In this document: piece by piece, positions 23,758-37,111 of the stretch | Layout of the letters: each line of letters starts with the position of its first letter | Position numbering within the stretch: the stretch's first letter is position 1 | Assembly: GCF_040938485.1 (NCBI RefSeq) | Contig: NW_027272261.1 | Location: 1-64,000, forward strand | Direction: 5' to 3' | Length of the DNA: 64,000 nt | Source: Diadema antillarum | Lineage: Eukaryota | Notes under the pieces: generated by a model | Database searches by the model: none | Told to the model about the DNA's origin: nothing | Seen by the model: the letters and a program-made list of their open reading frames with translations, nothing else | Program-made: the position numbers and the translations under genes

Positions 23758-24916
23758 CTGTATGGACAGAGCAAGGTAAACCACGGGGGGGGGGGGGGGG
23801 TGGGGAGGGGAGGGGGAGGGGAGGGGGAGGGGAGGAAGACACGAGGATCAAGAATCAGGTGAACCGTTAGATTTGTTAATGATAACTCGAATAACTATTT
23901 TTCACATGTATGTGTCTTATTGCAGTAATTACAGCTGAAAGTTTTCAACAATGATATACGACAACAAATGTAACTATGTGAAAAGAAAAAAAAAACTCTT
24001 TTGTATCCGTTTGATGATTTGATTTAATGCTACCTTGTTCAAATTTGTTGGCGCTCTTTTTTTCTTTGTTTTTCGTTTCTCGCTGAAGGCATATAATCCC
24101 TTCAAATGTGCATAAGCTTCAGCAGATTTTTCAGTAGAGCATAGGTCCCAATAAAAGAAAGTATAGCGGAGACACTTTTGCATGAAATGTGTAGCAATCT
24201 CCATCCATCTAGGTTATGATTATGGAGGCATCTCCCTAAATGGTTGTCTATTTCATCTTCGTTTTTTTTTCGTAAAATGAAGCCATTCGATAGCGGTCTC
24301 ATGAATGTCATAATTGTGAAGGTGTCATAATAACGTTATGTTGTAGGCATGTGTAAATCATGATTGGAGAATGATTTCACACAGCGGCTGGCGTGACACA
24401 TTAATGATACTAACAGGCCTCCATGCCTCCATGTCCAGAAACGCACACAAATGCATATCTTTCTCTTTTTATGTTATGTACAGAGAGAGTGAAAGAGAGA
24501 GAGAGAGGGGGGGGGGGGAGTAAGGTGACTCAAAATACAGATACATAGGATCTCCTTAACTCCCAATCTCACTGGAAAAGGGCGAGACTTTGTTATCTTC
24601 AGTGCTTGAAACTTTACATAAATATTGCCAATTTTGCGGTAAAAAAGTTTCTTCCAAAGCTTACTTATTATATTCTTCCTACTCTAGTTTTGCCATTTGT
24701 CCGGTTCTGGTGAAATTTGGACCACCTCGAGGTATGGATCAGTGCAAATAAATGTAATCTGCCCGACGAAGAAACACGGTAAAGCAGGGCCAGAAAGAAT
24801 AAAATGCTGAGGGGTGTGTATATAATCGCTTTATACCGTAGAAAACATCTACAGTAGCCATGACCTAGAAAGTGGTTCACAAGAATTACTTTAAAATGAG
24901 GACAGAGATTAGTGCA

Positions 24917-24917
24917 G

Positions 24918-24961
<44 letters not shown>
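24917..24961 (+). repeat. (GT)n microsatellite
   Basis: Direct reading. Similar (CA/GT)n tracts occur near 16500, 17130, 27210, 28250 and 30957-31018. Confidence 0.95.
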
Positions 24962-24962
<1 letters not shown>

Positions 24963-27208
24963 TTCCCGCCTACAAATTGTCTGAATAAGATACTAAGAAG
25001 AACTAAACATAAATACACATTAGTTTGCGTGTTTCATGCTGTACGCCAAATCCAAGGCTGTATGATGATGCCAAAGAAGGGTAAATATATCTGGACATTA
25101 AGGACATCGAGATTGACTGTATGTAATAGACTTTTGTGACATGTTCTATATTGTCTAAAGCCTAAAGAAAGCCGGCTTATTGACCTGGTTATCTATCGTA
25201 ATGGGGAGCAAGTAAATTGTCAATTTCGAAAAACAAGTAAAAGCAAAAGGGAGAGAGAAATTTAGTGCTGCAGGCATTTCAAATCAGAAATGGATCAGAA
25301 CAAATGGTTAGATTCTGACATGATGGAGTCTGACACAGAACACAAAACAAAAACCAGTAACAGACCAACGTCAAGAAGTCGACAAGATATGAAATCGTGT
25401 CTTCGCCATTGCTGTGACATTTGCGGTTAAATAATATGAGGGTTTTTTTTTTCAAGAGTTGGAAAAAATGACACGTATCAATTACATAATATAACAATAA
25501 TCAATGGTAAGCCTCACAAGGAATTCTTCTGAAGATGCTGTTGTTGCTGATGTTGATGATGATGATTATGATATACGATGGAAACTCATAATATTCACGT
25601 ACTGCTAGATTTGCTGTTTCTGGTGACATGTCCGATGAAGATTTCGTCGCTAAAACACACAAAACACAAAGACCTTTGTATCATCATACACCTTTAAACA
25701 TATCCCACAGGTAATCATTTTTATGAAATAGAAGTTGCATAAATGATTTCGCTCCATGATTTACACACACATAATAGAGATTAATCATTGGAATAATATC
25801 CAAAAGGTGTGAAATCGCTCTGATGTTATGATATCAATACAAACACACAAGCATTCAAGCAAATGCAATATCTTCGTCATTATATATATATATATATATA
25901 TATACAGTGTATATATATATATGATATTTGAGAAAAAAAAATCTAACAGGCTTCCAAGCTGATTGTCAAGTTCAAGTTCAAGTTCATATTTATTCGTTTT
26001 TTCCACAATATATAACACAAACATAAATCTCACTTTCTTACGTGACAAAATCAATGCATACAATTGTACAGAAAAAACAACAATAATACCAAGTTGCGTG
26101 CATAAGTCTAACACAGTAAAGGGCATACAATGGAGCGATTCTCAGTAACATTAAATTTTGTTATGACAAGGGACGTTTTTCACGTAAAAATACATTACTT
26201 ACGCATTCAAACTCTTCCAACGTGTAAATAGCAATGTTTTGCAGAAAAACAAAACAAAAACAAACTAGAATGTTTAGACTGTAACGATGCTGATACATAG
26301 CTTTTAGTCACTGCCTGTGGTAATGGCACAATGTTCAGTTTATTGCATTATGAAGTGTTTGCTCCCCTACACGACAGATTTCATTTGCATCCAGTGTAAT
26401 CATTTCCGATGAAATCTAACAAATACAGCCGCATTATAAGTGTGGAATGCAAAAGAATTAACATTGGCAACGACAGACCTCGCAAAAGCGATGTAAACAA
26501 GCTGTTTGTCGGTAAACACACACGGGTAGGGTGTGGCATCATCCAGGAATAGATTCACAGTGCTGTATGAACATTTTCCATCGGTAAACAATCACAACGT
26601 CGTCAAAATGAAAAGGACAATAAAAATGCATTGAAAATTTGCCGCACAGAAAAAAAAAATAAAAGAAAGAAAATACCTGGGAGCGATAAACAGTCAGTCT
26701 TTAGATTGAAAAAAAAAGAAAACATGCAGAAAATGTCACGTGACACGTGACGTAAAGTGGAAACCCAGCGAGCATACTATACACATGATTTTGTTGGCTG
26801 AAGGGAGGAGTTGAAGGACTGTGTACAATTGCCTTCAAGAAATTGACGTCTTCCATCTCATTGCACGGCGAATTCCTCGCGTGATTAAACTCAATCTAAA
26901 ATATGAATGATACTTTAAACGAAGTTGACGCCTGTTGGTAATTATTCCAGAAATGAATTTTGTTGTGATGTCTAGATTTCAGGGAAGCCGAGATATTGCA
27001 GTATTTAGCCAATACAGACATTAATTTGGCTCATTTAATCGATAACTGCCGCGTGAGTAGATGCGGGATCCTGCAGCTATGGGCATTATTGATCAACTTC
27101 TCAATACCACGGGGTAAATACGTAAATACGCTGTGTTTACCTGTCAAACTCAAAGTCACTGATAAGTGTTGGTCAGCAAAGCAAAGCATCAAAATATAAA
27201 TCCTAGAA

Positions 27209-27245
<37 letters not shown>

Positions 27246-28246
27246 TGTCTGTCATAATGTACACGTATACGTGCTATGTACATGTAATGCAGATAAAATG
27301 TTGTAGTATTATGGAAGGACGTTATCTTTACCTCATATATCCACCCCTTACTCTGTCCCAACACACACACACGCACACACACACATATACACAAACAAAC
27401 AAACAAACAAATAAACACACACACACATACAAACATACACAAATTGTGGGAGTTTTTAGTCTGGACTAATGGGAAATGAAAGTTTTCTGGAGCAAGTTTT
27501 ATTCTTCAGCTCAAACCAGGAGGAAATGAGAACAATGAGACATAATTCATGGAAGGGTAACACAAAACATAGAATGACTGAAATTAACGGAAAAATCTCG
27601 ATATAGAATGACCAATCATAATGTTTAGCTTAAGCATAACTTAATGTTTCTTTTTTTTTTGTCAATGGTGCGTTGGCACGCAATGAAAGGGGACGGATAA
27701 AGCTACCGATATGTTAACACAGATGACATTTCTGTAAATATCACGGGGTATTGTCAAAAGAGGATGGCTAACCACAGTGATAGCTTACAGAGTTTCTTTT
27801 TAACGGTGCAGTGTATATAGATGCAACGATATACGCGAAGCGTCGGGTAAAGGTGAAAGTGGGCGCGACGGAGAAGCAGACTGTCCGTCGGAAAAAAAAA
27901 GCAGAACACAATCCGCGCGAGTTCGTTATGAAGAGAAAATTACTTTATTATTCAGAACGAACGTAGAGGACGCAGATTGCTGGGCTCAAGAAAATGCACT
28001 TCATGACTTAATAAACGTGCCCCGGGGAACCCTGGGGAACAGATCAGTGTGTGTCGGTGGAAAGGAGAACGGGGATTTTATAGCGCCATGGGAGCGCGCC
28101 CTTTTGTCAGTATTTGATCTGTAATTAAGTTAGGCCTTTGCCACGACTTTATATACATTCTAATTTCTACTTTCTAAAATTTCCCCATGGGTTGGCGCAT
28201 ATCTAAAATTGACCACATGAAAAGGGTCCGTGGGAACGGAAGTTCT

Positions 28247-28296
<50 letters not shown>

Positions 28297-29223
28297 AACA
28301 AACATACACACGCTGGAGAATTCCAGAGAGATTTATGCGACATAATTACTAACACCGTTGTAGCATCCTCGCTGGGCGCGTTTAGATTCCTACCGCATAT
28401 TTTCATCGGTCAGTTAATACCGAGCACATGTTCTCTACGTGACCTTTGAAAAATGGAAGGTTTGGATAAGACGTATTTGTTGGTGTTCAACACATATTTT
28501 AAGATTTGTACATACGGAGATAAGTACGAATTATCGAAGGAAAGACTTACATATCATAAATATTTTCATCTAACGCTGTCACAATCACCATCTCTCTTCT
28601 CTGAAAGCGTGCATTTATATAGGTTTGCATTGTGCTATCTTCATTTATAGCTCTCTGTGCATCGATAGTATTCCACTGTGTTCCCGATGTTTTCTTCTTA
28701 CTAAAACATAATGAAAATCGTTACTTCTCTTACAATGGAATGCATACATTCTCATGCACACCTCTCAGTCTAGCTGTTGTATTTTCCTCATCCATGACTT
28801 TCTTATCGGGAGACTGTCATTTGCTGGTTTTTAGCTTTGGTAAGCCGTTTGAAGGTTTATATCAAATACGAACAACATGACCTCGGCATGTCAACTTTTG
28901 CCGTCAAAACAAATCTGAATTGTTTCAAAACGAAGATTACATTTGCAAGGTAAATATGTTTTAACATTTTGATTTAGATCTGACTGTGAATAATGCTGGA
29001 TATTCGATTCAGGTGGAATTAAGCGTCTTGACGACCACAGTACGATGTTTTCTAGCTCACTCTCAGTGATGTTTAAAGCGGAATTTCAGTAGAAACGAGT
29101 AAAAACGAGTACAACAGTGAAATTTTGATCAAAATCAGATAAAAATTGAAAGAGATACGAAATTGTGAAATTTCGCTAATTTCTGCAGAACAGTTCTAGT
29201 ATACAGTTGATATGAAAATGTAA

Positions 29224-29591
29224 GATCTTTGTAAGATCTCTTACAAAGATCACATAACCAATAAGGAAGTCAAAAACAGAATAAGGCAAGCCATTGGTCC
29301 TTATGAAGATCTTCTCACCACCATCAAGAGACGCAAACTAAAATGGTTCGGCCACGTAACAAGAAGAGATGGGCTTGTCAAGACAGTGCTCCACTGAACA
29401 GTCAGAGGAGGAAGGAAGAGAGGAAGACAGAAGAAGAGATGGGAAGACAACATCACAGAATGGACAGGATTGAAGCTGAGCGAATCGGTCACACATGCGA
29501 AGGACAGGGAAGGATGGAAAAGACTGGTTGCTAGGTCATCTGTAGCGCCCCTATATACGGCAACCGCCATGGGGCAGGTGAGAGGTGAGAG
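29224..29591 (+). mobile_element. 5'-truncated RTE-clade non-LTR retrotransposon with TSD
   Basis: Translates KISYKDHITNKEVKNRIRQAIGPYEDLLTTIKRRKLKWFGHVTRRDGLVKTVLH*TVRGGRKRGRQKKRWEDNITEWTG, the typical RTE C-terminus (LxWFGHVxR; GxRxRGRxKxRW). Tail is (GGTGAGA)n. The 12-bp TSD ATGAAAATGTAA is at 29212-29223 and 29592-29603. Confidence 0.92.
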
Positions 29592-30955
29592 ATGAAAATG
29601 TAAATGAGTGATGTCATCATATCACAATTTTCCATTGATTGTGTACATAAACATGACGAAAAATCAATTTTTCTGTTGTAAAAGTGTAAAACGTTAAGTT
29701 ATCCCTGGTTGATTAACTTCAGGACAGTGATCAGTTAGATGTATCAGGATTTGAGATTGGAGCGTCATTGCGTTCGGATGGAAAACTGGAAATTTCAAAA
29801 CTTTATGTACAAAGTACACTATGGCAAGATGTTCATATTGTCTGTTCAAGAGCTATTCAAACCCTGAAAAAATAACAAAACTTTAGAATGTTTAAAACGT
29901 TTTTATTGTCGAGCTAAGAAAATTGTTGCTCTTTTTTCAGACCCTTGCTATTGCACTGAAATGGCCCTGGGGGGGGGGGGGGGGGGGACCGAAAACACTG
30001 CCGAACACAACTCATGCTGATGTGTATGCCTTTTGCTTCCAAGACCAATTCGAAGAGGACTACGCTATCCTCCTCTGTGTTCACTGTCTTGTGGCACTTC
30101 ACACGAAGTGATCGCCCTCCGAACAATGCTTTGCAAGATTCGCGCGGTAAAAAAAAAGAGAAGAAAACAAAATGGTAGCCCGAGCATGCGCAGAACCTAA
30201 CCACCAACCGGGATGCGTTCCATGATTAATCTGGAATCCTCGTGTTTGCTTAGTGTTAGGGCACCCTGTGTTCCAGCATAAACCGTCCTAAAAATGCGGG
30301 ATGGATTTGACAGATTGGCTTCCACTTTAATCGTTTCCTCCGGTCCTGCTGTTTTGTTTTGAGAGGCAGGCGGGCGGACACAAATTTTGTACAATGCTTT
30401 GGAGACCGTTATTTCTAAGACCGAGAAAAAAAAAGGGCAGAGAGAATAAAGGGATAGATAGATAGTGAGAGCACGTGAAGAGAATGAAAGAGAAAAGATT
30501 AATATATGGGAAAGAACTTTCGACCAGTTTGGTGCAGCGTGTCAACTTCAGATGCAAGTAATCATGTTCCTTTTAGTCTCACTATAGGCGGAAATCATTA
30601 CCACTCTTCATCATCTTGAGGTCACCTTAATGAATCATCATCAAACTTCGATTCTATATCACTTTCAAATATTTGTATTGTGTTCTTATGTAACACACCA
30701 TGCTTATATTTAATATCTCTGTCTTTCTTTCTTATTTCTTTTCGAGTTTCGGGACTTTGATAAGATGTAATCTACTGCTGATGTGGACATGTTAAAGACC
30801 CCGTGTGAAGACATGGGTGACCGAATTGAATCGATATCTATTCGCTGCCCACTGGGGTACATTCGAAAATAACAAATAGCGTTCGTCATCGAATACTTAT
30901 GTGCATTGAAGCGTACAGTCTTCGGTAATGGTCGATTCAAGTCGAGATTCTTCGG

Positions 30956-30956
<1 letters not shown>

Positions 30957-31018
<62 letters not shown>
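30957..31018 (+). repeat. (TG)n microsatellite
   Basis: Direct reading. Confidence 0.95.
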
Positions 31019-31021
<3 letters not shown>

Positions 31022-33356
31022 TTACACAATATAGAGACCAGTGATACAGATGTATACAATTGCGGAGAAACCCGAATTTATCCGAGCCAGGCCAGCCTTC
31101 CCAATCTATGATATTGCCACGCAACTTGGTCTTTCTACAGAAATGAGAATCGCTACGTTTGATTCTTTTATTTTAATAAATGGTAATAATAAGGATAATA
31201 ATCATGACTATCACTTCATCTCATTTTGATTACTAAGAAGCTTGCATCAAACTTGGATCTCGGACGTAATGCAGCATCAACAAGAAAGAAAGGAGAGAGA
31301 GAGAGAGAGAGAGAGAAAGAAAGAGTGGAACAATCTGCATCCATCCTGTCAGGCAAAGAAAAACAGTCATATATCATCACCAATACTCAGATTATCTGAG
31401 CCATCATTTAAAAACACCACTGAAAGAAAATACGGATAAAGTCTTTCACAAAAACTCACAAAACACACATACAGACTAATGAAATGATTTCTGATAACAT
31501 GCGAGTACATGATGACAATGGCAAGTTATTGACCTTGCTGTGAACCAAGGCAATCAGCTCGACGGGGTGGGTTTGCGTTGACGAAGAAAAGAATTCTGCG
31601 AGAAATCATATCGAGCACAGTGGTACTGTTTTCGCAAACACTAATGCAGCGTCCATCGCATTAATAACGCTTCAGTCAGCATGTGAATAACAGCGAAATA
31701 CATACAAGATTAATTGTACAGCATACTGTTGATGATGTCCTTCCTTAGATTCATGATACAGTAACTAGGTACTGAAGCAAGAAATCAAACTTCATATTTG
31801 GTACGCATTCTTCTTTTACGTCTTACCGCAATTAATCATAAAGCATGCATTACTGGCGACAGGTTAATACGCAAGATAGCCACTGCATTCATTTTACATA
31901 AACTGGACAATTACGTAAATGGACGTATGTAATAGCCACCGCTCTGAGAAAACCAACGAGCAACATCCACTGTATACGGACCTGTGGAGTGCCGGTGCGC
32001 TGCAATCATCGAGATGACCAACAGAAAGCCCAAGAAATCCCCCAGTAAGCTGTCGACATACCTTCTTAGGTTCCACTGTCCGTTTCTTCTCCCCCAACTA
32101 CCATGATATCAATCGTTCCTCGGTAGCCTACTGCACAGATATCTTGATAGTCTCCACAATCCAGACGTTGTGCACGTGTTGGGCAAGCTATTAGCATCAA
32201 TCACTGCTTCCCATCAAGGATGGTTCCCTCATCCAGATCGTCAGCATATCTGTCACGTGACAGCCTTTTGATATACGAGCATGTGTGATCCTACATAGCG
32301 AGAGCCAGCAGCGCGGTGGGGGGGGGGGGGGGGGGGGAGAGAGGGGTGGAAGAATGGCCACATAGTCTAGTGTGCGTTGCTATGACAACAGCAAATACAA
32401 TTTTTGCATACCGAGCACTCGACATGAATCACTCAGACAGAATGAAAGAGAAAAGATGTAGGGAGCTGAGAGGGATCGGTAGATAGCTCACTCCAACAGC
32501 AACATTCATATGCTAATGTAAGTTAGTTTCACTATAGTAAAACTAATAACGTCATCTGACGTATGTCTATTGTTGTCAAACGAACACTTCGTATACTGCG
32601 CAGGCGCAATCTCCCCTGTAATCACACCTAATATTAGCAAGTGGTCCTTGCTCAGTCCGTCTGTACTTTTCCCCCGGCCAAAAGAGCCCCTCCTCCCCCC
32701 CCCCCCCTATCCTGCTTGCAAGAACAATACCACTCGACAACACCAATAATGATAGCAGTAATGATTACCAGACTGCTTTCATTATTCGCTTTTCAGTCAA
32801 GGTTGAACTTGCAATATATGATAGAATTTGCTATTATGTTTCCAAAATGCCTTTAGCAAATGCATGGAGGTCGGCAAAAAAAAAAAAGGTAAAAAAGAAA
32901 GAAAATGAAGGATCTTAACACAGAATGGCCCGCTTTTTTGTAAACAAGATATAGACCTTCAGCGTCTGGTAATGTAAGAAGCTCATGAATTTGATTGTCC
33001 TACAGTGAGAAAATACCGCACATGGGCCATGGACATCCTATTACTTTATATCACGAACTGATTCCTAATTCTCTGTATAGTATGACTGCAATCCATCTTC
33101 ATAACTCACTTGTCACGTATGTTGTTCGAGACGACAATCCTGCGACGTTGTTGCTGCCGATACAAAAGAACAACATATAATTTGTCATTATGAAAACATT
33201 ATCGCATAAATTAGTATTATGTAAGAGCTGTTTTGTATACGCTCATGGTGACTCTACCCGTCCGTTCGTATAATGTGACCAAATAGAAAATATCGATTCG
33301 CTCAGGACTCAACACAGTTATAGTAGTATGATATATATGCAAGCACGCATTTTATG

Positions 33357-33728
33357 GAGGTCAACCCAGGAGCTCAACGCTCACGAGTATACGGTCCACA
33401 GGCTAGACGCCAAGTAGAACAGGCCCACTAGCTAGATTCTAAGTAAAAATGGCCCATGATGTAGACACTAGGCAAACAAGGCCCATGACTTCAACACGGG
33501 CAAAAAGGTTCACGAGCTCGGATACTACGTACATTAAACCCCCTGGTGTAATGTCGAACTCGTGGGGCCTTTTTTCGCCCAGTGTCGGGCTCGTGGGCTT
33601 TGTTTGTTTATTGTCGAGTGTACGGACATTTGACCAGCGTCTAGCTCATGCACCATATAGCTCGTGGATCTTGTTCACTTAGTGTTTACCTTTGACTCGT
33701 TGGTGTCGAGCTTGTGGCGTGCGCACCT
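33357..33728. mobile_element. Modular foldback element, family B, diverged copy
   Basis: Starts GAGGTCAACCC and ends TGGCGTGCGCACC, with CACGAG/CTCGTG and GGCCCA/TGGGCC units in mirrored halves. Confidence 0.55.
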
Positions 33729-34721
33729 TGTTTTTTTGTTGTTGTTGTTTGTTGTTGTTGTTGTTTTTTTTAGGGGGGTATGACAAGATGCAGTATCATT
33801 ACTCTGCTGTTCGTTTTCGTGCCAAGATCGCCAAAATTACAGTCTTTCCCCCCTTAATTGGGAAGGGTGTGTGAGATGTTTTTCAAGTGTAGACCAATGA
33901 AGTTTATACGGCACCACATCCACTAGGAGGTATCTTGCACTGACCGGGAACAGAGTGATCATCTTGACCGGAACTGCTCCTGGCTTGAATTTATTTATAG
34001 CTGGAATCCCTCGTACGCCATGCTCACACATCGTAGAACACTACGTGCATGTGGCGAGTGTTTAACTTATTCCTTAAGGTTTCACTTACCCTAGAAGAAA
34101 AAAAAAAGATCCCCTGAAAACACAAACACTAAATATCGTGCAACATGGGACTGACGCCACACGTGTAACGATGACAACTGAGATTTCACTTAAATTTTCT
34201 TTCATTTTACTCTCCGTAAACACAAGGCCGGATGCTCGATCTGTGTCATCATGAACACCAAGTGAAAAAGAGAAGCAGAAAACAGCGTCGGATTTGAACC
34301 AGTTTTCTCTCTTTTTTTTATTCAGTTCGAGTCATTCATTCAATTAAGATTTCACAGAAGTGTACATGAACTTTGTACGTGTGCTATCGTTTGCAATTCC
34401 TGTTGACTGTGGTGGATACTATTCATGATACCCATTATGATGGTCAAAGGAAACCAAAGCCCAGGTACAAATAAGGATTCAGAAAAAGCAGCAATATTAG
34501 AAGAACACATCAGTAAAAGTTTGAGGAAAATTGGACAATCGATTCGAAGTTATGAACTTGTAAAGTTTTGGTGCCGCCATCGGTGGACAAGGAGAATACT
34601 ACACTTCATTATGTAATTATGGACAACAACAAAAAAGAAAGTATAAAGAAAATGCAACGCACTTCCATTTTTCTGGAATAATGAAAGGGCACTTGTCTTA
34701 CCTCTTTCAGAAATTAGGAGT

Positions 34722-37084
34722 AATTAGGTGATCCGAGTATCCTTCGGATCACCTTCTGTATCTGTACGGATTCTTTCTTCTTCTTTGTTTCTTTATTTCT
34801 CCGCAAAAGTTGTGCAGAGGTTAGCTCAGAAAGTCCGCTGCCTATCAATTTCAAAATTATACCATGTATGCATCATGTCCCAAAGACGACAAATCTAATG
34901 TATCATTGTGATCAGTGGACCGTGACGTCACTATGACGTCATTATATGAAAACACATTCTCAATCATATCTCATTAATGGAATGAAATTTTTCAATGAAA
35001 TTTACGTCACATATATTTCAAATTATGCGCATTCTACTCATGTTCTCAAAATTCATATATTCTCTTAAAACGTGCGCGTACGCGCGCGTTGAAATATTTG
35101 TATGCTCCAATCGAGCTCAAAATTTTTTTGCACACGTTTCAGACCATTTGGAGCATTTTTTGAAAAATTGAAAAAATCGGACGGACGCGTACGCGCGCGC
35201 GCATATACGCACGCACAGCTCATGTGCAATTGAAATTTCCAGTTTTTTTACTTTGATCGGATGTCTGAAATGTTAAGGAATATTTATACCAAGTTTCAAA
35301 TCAATCCGACTCAATATGACGTCATACGGGCCCGTCAAAGTTGAAATTCCGCGCGCGCGTCAATGGCGATATACAGTGCAACTATGCCAAAAAACTGCCA
35401 ATTTTAAATCCGATTTTACTCGTCAGGATGGACGGTGACCCCCCATTTTCTGTACATATTTTGAAAGCTGATGAGTTGTACATGTCATTTCATGGGGTGG
35501 CAATGCTGACAAAAGGATTAAAAGATATCAAATTTCTTAATAAAGTAAAAAAAGTAAATTTTCAAAATGACGTCATCAAATTTCAAGTTCATTCGAGCGT
35601 ATCTCACTAGTCCTTTGTCAATTTTCACCCAGATTTCAGTATGATGTAGCTTATTTAATGTTCTTTCAAACATAAAATTACAATATTTTGATTGGATAAC
35701 GGTATCACCTCGTAAAAATGGATTAAAAGTAATCTTGTCAAATTTGACCAGTTTACGTGTTATCTCTATGGGAGTGCAGTTTTTCTGGAAATGAAAATTG
35801 ACATGACTATCTTTATCGAGCACTAGCTCACTTAAGCTTCGGTAAATTTCTCCCAGATTTTAATATGTTGTAGCTGAGACTTTACGCTACCGTGAGTGTG
35901 CCCTTTGTTTTTTTATACGATGTCAGAATCACGTCAAAAAATTGGGTTGAAATTCAGGCTTATCTTCGATGTATTGAGATATTTCTTTCTTTCTGGAACT
36001 TTCTTTGCAATAACTCAAGAAAAACGGCCTCTATCACTTCTATATTTTGCACATGTTTAGTTCATGTCACGTACATTATTTCATAAAATAACAACTACTT
36101 GATCGGACACCATCTTGGGTATGTAAATTAGGGTCAAAGGTCATAAGTGTTTCACCCTGTATCTTAGTGAATACATGTCCTATCTTTCCCATATTTTGCA
36201 TACGCAAAGACCATGTTACAAGGATCATTTCACAAAATAACCACTTTTTACTCAGATGCCATCTTGTCTGTACAATTTGAGGTCAAAGGTCATATGTACT
36301 TCTTTTTGTATCTTCGTTATGACGTGTTATCTCTATGGGAGGGAATTTTCTTTAATGTGAAAATTGACATGATTGTCTTTATCGAGCACTAGCTCACTTA
36401 CCCTTCGATGAATTTCTCCCAGATTTTAATATGTTGTAGCTGAGACTTTGCGCTATCGTTTTATTTCCTTTGTTTTTTCATACGATGTCGGGATGACGAT
36501 AAAAAATTGGTTGAAATTAAAGCTTATCTTCTATGTATTGAGATATTTCTTTCTTTCTGCAACTTTCTTTGCAATAACTCAAGAAAAACACGCCCTATCA
36601 CCCCCATATTTTGCACATGTTTAGTTCATGTCTCGTACATTATTTCATAAAATAACAACTACTAGATCGGACAACATCTTGGGTATGTAAATTAGGGTCA
36701 AAGGTCATAAATGTTTCATCTTGTATCTTAGTGAATACCTGTCCTATCTTTCCCATATTTTTCACACGTATAGACGATGTCGCGAGAATCATTTCACAAA
36801 ATAACCACTATTTCATCAGATGCAATCTTGGGAGTGCAAAGGTGGGTCAAAGGTCATATGTATTCATTGCTGTATCTTCGTTATTCAGTGTATACAGAAT
36901 TTGGTACCAAAGATGGCAGATATGACTCCCTTTTCTAAATGAGAATGCAAACATCACACGGACAATGTCTCTAAACAGAGATGAAACTTGTATGGTCATG
37001 CCTATTGCGATCAGGACTCGAATCATTGATAAAAAAAATCGGATCACCTTAATTTGTCAGTGATGACAAATTACAATCTCTAGT
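34722..37084 (+). mobile_element. Non-autonomous Helentron/DINE-1-like element, unit 1
   Basis: 5' subTIR forms a hairpin (GGTGATCCGA-gtatcct-TCGGATCACC, 34727-34753) followed by a TTCT-rich tract. The 3' subTIR TCGGATCACC is at 37039-37048, then the hairpin TAATTTGTCA-gtga-TGACAAATTA (37050-37073), ending CTAGT. Confidence 0.7.
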
Positions 37085-37111
37085 GTTAAACTTCCCGTTG
37101 TCACAAAAAAG

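Noticed and set aside
23786-23835. G-run tract as a regulatory G-quadruplex (also 17371-17438)
   Set aside because: Such runs are common throughout this window and nothing links them to a promoter.
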